From: Wolbachia endosymbiont of Drosophila innubila
Lineage (GTDB): Bacteria > Pseudomonadota > Alphaproteobacteria > Rickettsiales > Anaplasmataceae
Reading direction: 5' to 3'
Length of the DNA stretch: 32,000 nt
Assembly: GCF_021378375.1 (NCBI RefSeq)
Contig: NZ_CP076228.1
Coordinates: forward strand, 900,001-932,000
This document shows, piece by piece, positions 20,773-28,810 of the stretch (within the stretch, counting starts at the first letter, position 1; every line of letters begins with the position of its first letter). Made by a program: the position numbers and the translations under genes. The notes below the pieces were generated by a model, which worked only from the letters and a program-made list of their open reading frames with translations, had not been told where the DNA came from and made no database searches.

Positions 20773-20963
20773 ATGTTTTTAAAAATTTTTTATTTGTGTA
20801 ATTTTGCAAATTATATGGGCAATAAAACCCGTTTGTCATAGAAATAGAATTTTATATCAAACAGCTACCACAGCAATTTCTGCTTAAGCTAATGAATATG
20901 TGCTTTAAGTCTGTGTGGACGCACATATTCATTAGCCAATTTCAGTTACCGTTGTGAAGATTT

Positions 20964-21897
20964 TTAAGTATGCAAATTAATTGCTTCTTTAAGTCTTGTA
21001 TTAGCAATTACTATAATTTTACGCATTAGGGCTGTTATAGCCACCATCTTCTTCTTACCACTTTCAACAAGCTTAGAATAAAAGGCGCCAAGTATAGATT
21101 TTGACCTTGTAGCAGCCATAGCGGCTGTAAAGAGCTTTGAACGAACGTTACTTCTACCACCTGTAATCCTTCGGTAACCAACAGCTTTACCACTTTCTTT
21201 TGGATGCGGTGCAACTCCGGCAAGACTTGCTACTTCTTTTCTATTTAAGTAACCAAGCTCTGGCATTAAACACAAAAAAATCTTGTGATAACTTTTCCAG
21301 GAACTGTTTTAAGAATTTTTTTGGCGTTGTTGTAATTCGCGGCTTTCATCAATAATCTTTTGTATAGTATCATTGAGTTCGTTTATTTGACTATCGAAAA
21401 ACTCAATGGTCTTTTGACAGCTTTCTTTTATATGATCATTTTCCGGTGCTTCAAGTCTGCATTTTTCTTGAGTTCTCATTTGCGTAATATCATCACGACG
21501 TTGACAAAGTGCAGCCAAAGTTGATTGTTCTGTAGAGGTAGGTACAAATAGAGAGATAGTTCTATGGCGTTCAAATCCATATTGAGCAAGAGCTCTTGCA
21601 TCTAGACTTTGCTAAAGTTCCGTGAGATAAAATAAAGCTTTTTACTTTACGAGTATTAGCTCGATGCACGGCAATATTTTTGTCGGTAAGAAAATGTGAT
21701 AAGCCAAGCTCATATTTCCCTGTATTTTCTAAAGTCACTAAAGCATTAGGTAGAATATCTGAAAACTCTTGAAATAATTGTTGCCAACCAGAAGCATTAT
21801 TATCAAATTCGACAGCATTCTTCTGTTTGTGAATTGCAACGATATTTTTAAATTTTCCGATGTCAATGCCAATAAAATTTTGATAAGATGTAACCAT
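20964..21897 (-). pseudogene. IS110-family transposase with at least two frameshifts
   Basis: Fragments 21571-21897 (YQNFIGIDIGKFKNIVAIHKQ), 21309-21518 (QINELNDTIQKIIDES) and 20964-21275 (ELGYLNRKEVASLAGVAPHPKESGKAVGYRRITGGRSNVRSKLF). Frame changes near 21610 and in the A7 run near 21275. Confidence 0.85.
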
Positions 21898-22118
21898 AAT
21901 AAACCTCGATAGTTTTAGTTAATTTAAGATTGTAAACGGGTGCATATATATGTCCCAAGCAACTATTCAAACGTATCGAGAGATAGGGCTAGCGTACCTT
22001 GATACCAACGGTTGTAATACCAATTTCCTTTCGGTCGCGCCCGCCCGCTATTCCTAGTGAGCAGGGTTATCTTTCTCTCTTATCTCTTTTATATCACGTT
22101 TTTAACTTACAATTCCCT
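21898..22118 (-). ncRNA. Candidate bridge-RNA-encoding non-coding left end of the IS110 element
   Basis: About 220 nt upstream of the transposase start, the position where IS110-group elements encode bridge RNA. Contains GTTGGTATCAA matching the target flank. Folding was not computed. Confidence 0.45.
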
Positions 22119-22521
22119 TAGATGGAAAATAGAGATATTACATAAAATTTTAAATCCGGTCTCAAAGTTGAAGAATGTAGGCTTGGAATAGCAGAAAGAC
22201 TAATGAGATATCTAACAGTTATGAGTATTATTGCTTGGAGGATCTTCTTTATTACATCAATTGCAAGAGCTAACCCAACATTACCATGTACTACCTTATT
22301 AGCTGAAGAAGAATGGAAAGTTTTATACGTTAAAATACACAGAAAACCATGTCCAAGTGTAGTTCCCAACATAAAAGAAGCTGTTTCATGAACTTGGAGG
22401 CCATTTAGCAAGAAAAAATGACCCAAAACCAGGACCAATTACTCTTTGGAAAGGATATAAACGTCTCTTTGATTTAGCAGAAGGATGGCGACTTGCTCAC
22501 GAACTTTATATTTGTGGGTAA
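22119..22521 (+). pseudogene. Tn5-like transposase, 3' part
   Basis: WKIEILHKIL / KSGLKVEECRLGIAERLMRYLTVMSIIAWRIFF...RKNDPKPGPITLWRGYKRLFDLAEGWRLAHELYICG. Contains frameshifts. Confidence 0.8.
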
Positions 22522-22530
22522 TAGTAAGAT

Positions 22531-23452
22531 TTGAGAGGTTGTCCGGAAACAAGTAAAAGGCTATAATATCTGAAATTTTAGTACGGGGTAAAGATGAGAA
22601 AAAAGTATCCAACAGATCTAAGCGAAAGGGAATGGGCAAGAATAGAAAAACACTTCAGAGTATCATACAAGAAAGGAGGAAGGCTGCCAAAGTATAGCAA
22701 AAAAGAAATATTAGAAGCAATTTTCTATGTATTGCGTACAGGGTGTCAATGGCGGTATTTACCAAATGATTTTCCGCTATGGAAGACTGTGTATGAGCAG
22801 TTCAGGCAATGGAAGAAGCAGGGAATTTTTGAGAAAATGAATTATGAAATTACAAAATATAGTAGAAGAAAAATAGGAAAGAATGAGCAGCCGAGTGCCT
22901 GTATAGTAGATAGTCAATCTGTAAAGACTACAGAAAAGGGGGATCAAAGCTATGATGGAAGTAAAAAGTAAAGGGTAGAAAAAGGCATATAATTACAGAC
23001 ACTCAGGGTTTTATACTAGGTTGTTACGTAGGCGCTGCTAACGAAAATGATAGAGATGGTATTAAAATAGCATTAAACAATATGAGAACAAAATATACTA
23101 AAGTTAAAAAAAATGTGGGCTGACATGGGATACCAAGGAAGAAATTTAAAGAATCACATAAAGGAAGAATATGACATAGATATTGAAATTGTTAAAAGGC
23201 CTCCATGTAGATTTTGGGTGCACAAAGATACGCCACCTGAGCTACTACCAACAAGAGAACAAGGGTTTAAAGTACAGCCAAGAAGATGGGTTGTAGAAAG
23301 GACTTTTGCTTGGGTTAATAGGAATAGAAGGCTATCGAAGGAGTATGATTTACTCACAACATCCACTGAGAATTTCATATACCTAGCTATGAGTAGGGTT
23401 ATGTTAAAGAGGGAATATGCTTGAATTTACTAGTTTCCGAACAACCTCTCAA
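22531..23452 (+). mobile_element. IS5-family element (IS1031/IS427-like)
   Basis: Terminal inverted repeats TTGAGAGGTTGTCCGGAAACAAGTAAA (22531-22557) and TTTACTAGTTTCCGAACAACCTCTCAA (23426-23452), two mismatches over 27 bp. Confidence 0.85.
22594..23424 (+). pseudogene. IS5-family transposase in three frame segments
   Basis: YPTDLSEREWARIEKHF...CQWRYLPNDFPLWKTVYEQFRQWKKQGIFEK...SACIVDSQSVKTTEKG / KVKGRKRHIITDTQGFILGCYVGAANENDRDG / KMWADMGYQGRNLKNH...PRRWVVERTFAWVNRNRRLSKEYD. Confidence 0.8.
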
Positions 23453-24434
23453 CCACTCTGGTTTAATTATACCACTTGAAAGCGGCAGAGGGTTTTGTTG
23501 ATATTGAGCAGCAAAAGCGTAACTCCCAAGTTCAGCTTTTATTATCTCAACTTCTTCTTTTCCTCCATCGAGGGGATATAACAACTGACCTTCTTCTCTT
23601 GAATATAATATCCTTACAGGTGACGCTGGTTTATTATATAATCGCCTGGTCGCACAGTGCTGAGCTACTCGGATGACAGGAACGGGAGGCATTGGCTTTT
23701 TGATTGAATAAATAACCTGCTTATTTTCAGAAATCATTGGCAAACAAATATGATGCCATATGTTTTTTGGCTTGGAGAGAAGGTGTCCAGTTAAGTCCTC
23801 CTGGTGTAGCCTGTGCATTACAAGAACGATGACTCCTTTTTTTCTATCGTTCAGCCTGGTTACTAAAGTCTGATCAAACCAGTTTGTGGCACGCTTTCTA
23901 AGCGTTTCACTCAAAGCTTGAGCAGAACTGAGCGGATCGTCCACAATGATAAAATCACCACCTTCACCAGTTAGTGTTCCACCAACTGATGTTGCGATTC
24001 TGTATCCTCTCTGCACTGTTTGAAATTTATATTTGGTATTCTGGTCTTTGGATAGTTCTATCTCTGGAAATAGCGCTCTATACCAACTAGACTGCATCAC
24101 GCACCTGGTGTCGAGCGAGTGCTTTTCGCTGAGCCGCTGAGAATAACTTGCAACTATTATTCTCGCAGTTGCCCAGTATCCATGCGGGCCACGCAACGCT
24201 TATGCACATGGACTTCATCGAGCGCGGAGGCATATTGAATATTATTCGTTTCACTTCACCAGCGCTCGCTGCTTCCAGCCTGTCTGCTATGACTTTTATA
24301 TACTGATAATCGTTATACTCACACCCCGGCACTACCGTTTGAAAGCACAGTTCAATGAATTTTAGAAAGTTCATGATATAATGTTGAAACCAACGCGTGA
24401 CGCTGGGATGACAAAAAAAGGAGCACTGGAATGA
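23453..24434 (-). pseudogene. Phage WO-like terminase large subunit (TerL) relic, frameshifted and truncated by IS5
   Basis: NFLKFIELCFQTVVPGCEYNDYQYIKVIADRLE...IIFNMPPRSMKSMCISVAWPAW (P-loop) / ARIIVASYSQRLSEKHS...GGTLTGEGGDFIIVDDPL...YAFAAQYQQNPLPLSSGIIKPEWL, then the IS5 end. Confidence 0.85.
23615..23695 (-). repeat. In-frame palindromic repeat insertion within the TerL relic (approximate bounds)
   Basis: Encodes MPPVPVIRVAQHCATRRLYNKPASPV. The RRLYNK..PAS segment also occurs in the MurF insertion (IRRLYNKDWIPAS). Confidence 0.65.
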
Positions 24435-24448
24435 CACCTTACTTAACC

Positions 24449-24559
24449 GTCATACCGCGATTCATTCGCGGTATCTCAAAGCATAGATCCCGCTAACACG
24501 TAGCGGGATACTTAACCATCATCTACACCGTCATACCGCGATTCATTCGCGGTATCTCA
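24449..24559. repeat. Duplicated 30-bp palindromic repeat GTCATACCGCGATTCATTCGCGGTATCTCA with linked CCCGCTAAC...GTAGCGGG hairpins
   Basis: Copies at 24449-24478 and 24530-24559; the CGCTAACAAGCAGCGGGATGACG follow-on is at 24588-24600. Confidence 0.85.
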
Positions 24560-24622
24560 GCCGCTAACAAGAGATCCCGCTAACAAGCAGCGGGATGACG
24601 ATTGTCGTTTAGCCATAAATAT

Positions 24623-24870
24623 TAAGAAATTTACCAAATGAAAAAAAGGCAAAAGAAGCCCCGTGGTTATTATCCGCTTTAAAATATTGGCGTTTTTTAT
24701 GTTTTAAACGCTTGACAAGCGAGATTCAGCCACTTTTAATTGCAACTAACCTACGCTGCAAATGTTTAAGAAATTTACTAAGCAGAAAAAAAGACAAAGA
24801 ATCCCCGAGTTAGCTAGTCTTTTACTATCTCTGTCGAGTATTGGCATTTTTTGATGTCTTGTAACGCTTT
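24623..24870. repeat. Diverged tandem duplication with a period of about 145-155 bp
   Basis: TAAGAAATTTACCAAATGAAAAAAAGGCAAAAGAAGCCCCG (24623) versus TAAGAAATTTACTAAGCAGAAAAAAAGACAAAGAATCCCCG (24767); TATTGGCGTTTTTTATGTTTTAAACGCTT versus TATTGGCATTTTTTGATGTCTTGTAACGCTTT. Confidence 0.7.
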
Positions 24871-25230
24871 ATAAGCGCGTTCAGCTTATTTAGATAAAAA
24901 TCTAGATGTAGATGAAGTTTTGTAAAGACATACAGTATCTATATACTGCAAAAAATTGAACATGAGACGCCGATACATTAAGTAATCCTTACCTTTTAAT
25001 CTGCAGATTGGCGAAAGCAAATACAATAGCTTCAGTTTCATGATAAGGGGGCTAGCGAAGGGTGTCAAGTAAGTTTCTATATAGTATTTTCTAAAATAAA
25101 TAGACTTCTCGCATCCAATTTTGGCAGCGCGCGACACACAACTGCAATGACAAGGTGTCGCAAGATAAACATCATATTCACACGAAGTACTTGACTTCAC
25201 TTGTACTAAGAAGCATTTTATATATGTTGT

Positions 25231-25304
25231 GTGCCCGTAGCTCAGCTGGATAGAGCAACAGCCTTCTAAGCTGTGGGTCGTAGGTTCGAATCCCACCGGG
25301 CACA
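25231..25304 (+). tRNA. tRNA-Arg (anticodon TCT)
   Basis: GTGCCCG acceptor pairing with CGGGCAC, D-arm GCTC..GAGC, anticodon arm ACAGC CTTCTAA GCTGT, T-arm GGTTCGAATCC. CCA not encoded. Confidence 0.95.
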
Positions 25305-25312
25305 CTCTTTTA

Positions 25313-26263
25313 TCAATACTTTCTATAAATCTTCAAGTACTCTGGCACCACATTTTCAATTGCTAATGGTCGAACCTTCATTGTTTCAAGGTCAACTGAC
25401 TTTTCGATTGAACTATTCATCATAACTTTCACCTGATCTTGAGTAAGCATAGGGTTCGTATCTCCGGTTATTGGTTTTAGCAGCATAGAAATAATTTTAT
25501 TTTCTAAAAAGAAAGCTATTAACTTTGCCATTGGAAAAGATACATTGATCAACAAACACTTTCTGTTAGTAACATTCAGAATAAACTTCAATAAGCTTTT
25601 GAAAGAGTAAACCTTTGGTCCACCCATGTTATAAATTTTCTTGTCTTGCTTATTAAAACTGATAATACGATATACCACTTCAGCTAAGTCTGTTACACAT
25701 ATTGGCTGAAATTTAGTTGTTCCATTGCCAATTAGTGGTAAGAAAGGAAGAATAGTTGCTAATCTTGCAAATTTATTAAAGAAGTTGTCTTCTTTACCAA
25801 ATACAAGGCTTGGCCTAATTATTATTGCTTTTTGAAATGCTGAAGTTACAGCTTTTTCACCTTCCAATTTACTTTTGGCATATTTTGACAACTTGCTATT
25901 TTCTATTCCCATAGCAGAAAAATGTATCATCATAGGTACATTTTTCATTTTTGCAGCTTTTGCTATCCTTTCAGCTATTTTAACGTGAACAGCGTAAAAA
26001 TCGTGCTTTTTTGCTTCATATAATATTCCCACTAAGTTTATAGCTACATCACATTCTTCCATACCATCCAGAATTGATTTTTCATCAAAAAAATCGCCTT
26101 TAAATATTGATATTTGTCCTAAATTGCCACACAATTTTAAACAAGCAGCTTTTTCCTGATTACGAGTGAATATCTTTATTAAATATCCTTCTGCTGCCAA
26201 GCGTCTTACGATGTGTTTCCCTATAAACCCCGTTCCACCAAAAATAATTACACGTTTTGTCAC
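25313..26263 (-). CDS. NAD(P)-binding SDR-type epimerase, complex I NDUFA9 subunit-like
   Basis: 316 aa; RVIIFGGTGFIGKHIVRRLAAEGYLIKIFTRN...YAVHVKIAERIAKAAK...IIRPSLVFGKEDNFFNKFA. Confidence 0.88.
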   Translation of the reverse strand: MTKRVIIFGGTGFIGKHIVRRLAAEGYLIKIFTRNQEKAACLKLCGNLGQISIFKGDFFDEKSILDGMEECDVAINLVGILYEAKKHDFYAVHVKIAERIAKAAKMKNVPMMIHFSAMGIENSKLSKYAKSKLEGEKAVTSAFQKAIIIRPSLVFGKEDNFFNKFARLATILPFLPLIGNGTTKFQPICVTDLAEVVYRIISFNKQDKKIYNMGGPKVYSFKSLLKFILNVTNRKCLLINVSFPMAKLIAFFLENKIISMLLKPITGDTNPMLTQDQVKVMMNSSIEKSVDLETMKVRPLAIENVVPEYLKIYRKY

Positions 26264-26313
26264 AATTAAAGTTCCTAATAATTTGTTACTGTAAATTAAT
26301 ACAATGATTTCGC

Positions 26314-27843
26314 TTAATATTTTATTACGAATTCCCGTACAATAAGATCCATTTTCATTCTTCGTGAGCCTTTAACTAGAATTGCGTCATTATTCTGAAT
26401 AATGTTAGCTAAATCACTTTTCAATTGATTAGAATCATTAAAATGCGTGCCTCTTATATTATCTGGCAAAAGCTCATGCAATTCTAACATAAATTTACCA
26501 ACTGTATAAACTTTATCTATATTATTTTCTGTGATAATCTTAACCAAATCTGTATGAAACTCTATGCTTTCATCACCAAGTTCCAACATATCACCAAGCA
26601 AAGCTACTTTTCTCTGATTAGAATATGTACTCAAAGTTTTTATTGCAGTTTTCATCGAAGCAGGGCTGGCGTTATAGGAGTCATCAATTAAATGTATATA
26701 TTTTTTATTGCATTTGACCTTATGAATATTGCCTCTACCTTTCGCTACACTAAAATTCTTAAGTGCAAGTGGTAATTTTGATAAATCAAGTCCAAGGCTT
26801 TGCACAACTGCTGCAACAGCAAGTAGCGAATAAGCAAAATGCTCACCTTGTACACGTAAATTACAGTTTATAATTTGATTATCACTCAGCCTGATTTTTA
26901 AACTTAATCTATTAGCAACTCGGTTTGATGTCATTCCAGCGCGTGACGCTGGAATCCAGTCTTTATTATACAACCGTCTGATATGCTCATTTGCAATTGA
27001 ACTTCCTGGATCCAAGTAGTCAAGCACTGGGATGACAGAAGATAGTGCTGAAATGACAGAAGATTCATCGTTTCTTATTAAGTTTAGTAAACAAACTTCA
27101 GCATTTTTATCTTTACCGAAGCTTATTACATTTCTATTGGCGTGTGATGAGAGATAATCATAATATTTATTATCTCTGCTTAAAACCAAAGTACCGTTAT
27201 TTTTCATACCATACAGAATTTCTAACTTCGCTTGTGCAACGTCAAATAGTGATGAAAAATTTTCAGTATGTGCAGGTTCGATGTTGGTAATAACTGCAAT
27301 ATTCGGATTACTAATTTTTGATAATTCTTTTATTTCACCAGCTTTATTCATTCCCATTTCAAGAATTAAGTACTGGCAGTTTTTTGGAGCTTTCAGAATT
27401 GTCAAAGGCAATCCTATATTATTATTTAAGTTACCTTCGTTTGCATGGGACACTCCATATTGCGATAAAACAGTGTGTAGCATATCCTTTGTAGTGGTTT
27501 TTCCGACACTACCTGTAACTGCAATAACTTTAGCATCAATAAGAACATTTCTAATGTAATATGATGCCATATCGTGCAAAGCTTTCAGGGTATCTTGTAC
27601 AATAATGAGAGGGAAACTTTTATATTTACCCTCACTCACTATTGCAGCGATAGCCCCTTTTAAAAACGCTTCATGCAAAAAATTATGGCCATCAAAATTC
27701 TTTCCCTTGAGGGCAATAAATAAATCACCTTTTTTTATGCTTCTTGTGTCCGTTGAAATATTTGAGCTATGTATCCAATTACAACCATTTACGTCTCTTC
27801 CGCCAGTTGCATCAATGATATTATTTGTGTTCCATTTAAACAT
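26314..27843 (-). CDS. murF: UDP-N-acetylmuramoyl-tripeptide--D-alanyl-D-alanine ligase MurF, with an internal repeat insertion
   Basis: 509 aa; VIAVTGSVGKTTTKDML, LEMGMNKAGEIKELSKI, HLIDDSYNASPASMKTAI, LLGDMLELGDES, VLVKGSRRMKMD. Confidence 0.95.
   Translation of the reverse strand: MFKWNTNNIIDATGGRDVNGCNWIHSSNISTDTRSIKKGDLFIALKGKNFDGHNFLHEAFLKGAIAAIVSEGKYKSFPLIIVQDTLKALHDMASYYIRNVLIDAKVIAVTGSVGKTTTKDMLHTVLSQYGVSHANEGNLNNNIGLPLTILKAPKNCQYLILEMGMNKAGEIKELSKISNPNIAVITNIEPAHTENFSSLFDVAQAKLEILYGMKNNGTLVLSRDNKYYDYLSSHANRNVISFGKDKNAEVCLLNLIRNDESSVISALSSVIPVLDYLDPGSSIANEHIRRLYNKDWIPASRAGMTSNRVANRLSLKIRLSDNQIINCNLRVQGEHFAYSLLAVAAVVQSLGLDLSKLPLALKNFSVAKGRGNIHKVKCNKKYIHLIDDSYNASPASMKTAIKTLSTYSNQRKVALLGDMLELGDESIEFHTDLVKIITENNIDKVYTVGKFMLELHELLPDNIRGTHFNDSNQLKSDLANIIQNNDAILVKGSRRMKMDLIVREFVIKY
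26921..27060 (-). repeat. In-frame palindromic repeat element(s) inside murF (approximate bounds)
   Basis: Contains TTCCAGCGCGTGACGCTGGAA (26934-26954) and CTGGATCCAAGTAGTCAAGCACTGGGATGACAG. Encodes SSVIPVLDYLDPGSSIANEHIRRLYNKDWIPASRAGMTSNRV. Confidence 0.85.
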
Positions 27844-27990
27844 AATTTAGAGTATTCTTTATAATAAATTGAACAATAAAAGTAGCGAAAATACTACATG
27901 TTTTAGACAATGTGCAAATAATGGTTGCAATTCCTATAATTCTATCTTATAATGGATATAGAAGTTTAAATTTTTTCGTCTATAATTAAA

Positions 27991-28794
27991 ATGTATTTAG
28001 TTGTAGAAAGTACCTTGGGGGTATGTATGTTCACAGGAAAAAATGAAAAATCTACTTCTATACTAGCTAAAGTTGGTAATGCAGCTTCGGGAGTAGGAAG
28101 TTTTCTGGGTAGAGGTGTAAAAGTTCTAGTCAAGGGTGCAGTGTACCCTATATGGCCAAAGAATTGGTTTAAGTCCTGGGATGAAATGCGGCATGACATA
28201 AAAAATGGCGGACGTTCTATTATTGGCAACCCACTTGAAGAATATGATCCACCTATAGAAACCACACAAGCTAGTGAGGATCTTGGTGTCCAAATAATGG
28301 AGCAAAAGAAAGGAACAGGAAAGGTAACTTTTTTAGCATCAAGGACTCTGACAGGGGATATACCCTATTTGACGCCAGAACGATTAGGTGAAATAAAGCA
28401 AAACCTGCCAAATGTAACTATCTTTAAAGAAGAAAATAAAATTGTAATTGAAGTTGATGTTAAAAAAATAATTGAAGACATTAAATATAAAGGAAAGAGT
28501 CCAGAGGAGATAAAAAAGCTTGCTATTGAAGAAATTAAACAAAAAGTTGACGGTAACCTTAAAGATCTAGCAAAAATTACTGGTGGAGAATTTAAAGTTC
28601 ACACAGACTTAAAATTGCTGTATGGTATTGCAGAAAAATTGTATAAGGAATATGATAATCAAAAGCAGTCATCAGACAAAGTTGTGAAGTCTGATGTTGG
28701 TCAGCCTTCAGAAACTATAGCTTCAGGTGAGAAAAAATGGGCGCAAGAAGCTATAAAAGCAGGTAAGTCGCAAAGTTGTGGAATGCAAAAATAA
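27991..28794 (+). CDS. Hypothetical protein; true start may be the internal ATG at 28027
   Basis: Open 267-codon frame, amphipathic/lysine-rich, with GVGSFLGRGVKVLVKG segment; no recognised domain. Confidence 0.7.
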   Translation: MYLVVESTLGVCMFTGKNEKSTSILAKVGNAASGVGSFLGRGVKVLVKGAVYPIWPKNWFKSWDEMRHDIKNGGRSIIGNPLEEYDPPIETTQASEDLGVQIMEQKKGTGKVTFLASRTLTGDIPYLTPERLGEIKQNLPNVTIFKEENKIVIEVDVKKIIEDIKYKGKSPEEIKKLAIEEIKQKVDGNLKDLAKITGGEFKVHTDLKLLYGIAEKLYKEYDNQKQSSDKVVKSDVGQPSETIASGEKKWAQEAIKAGKSQSCGMQK

Positions 28795-28810
28795 GTTATA
28801 GGGGAGTATT

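Larger units (their letters stand above)
20773..22118 (-). mobile_element. IS110-family insertion sequence nested in the Tn5-like IS
   Basis: DEDD and Transposase_20-type domains. Removing 20773-22118 restores the split coding region as ...ISWYQLRWKIEILHKIL.... Apparent CT core copies at 20771-20772 and 22117-22118. Confidence 0.75.
19711..22528 (+). mobile_element. Tn5-like IS4-family element, split by a nested IS110-family element
   Basis: 24-bp perfect terminal inverted repeats: CTTACTATTACCCACAAATATAAA (19711-19734) and TTTATATTTGTGGGTAATAGTAAG (22505-22528). Confidence 0.85.

Noticed and set aside
22118-22438. 106-aa minus-strand ORF with hydrophobic sequence
   Set aside because: Antisense to the 3' part of the Tn5-like transposase; the sense-strand match is much stronger.
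18356-24437. Toxin-antitoxin, cif or other phage accessory module in the phage/IS region
   Set aside because: All sizeable ORFs there are transposase or terminase fragments or antisense frames; no toxin, antitoxin or Cif-like sequence was recognised.
24449-24600. Possible CRISPR-like repeats
   Set aside because: Only two copies of the repeat, each a palindrome of the genomic repeat family; not an array.
24886-25305. 139-aa minus-strand ORF (MCPVGFEPTTHSLEGCCSIQLSYG...)
   Set aside because: Its N-terminus is the antisense translation of tRNA-Arg(TCT), a classic spurious ORF; the rest has no coding features.
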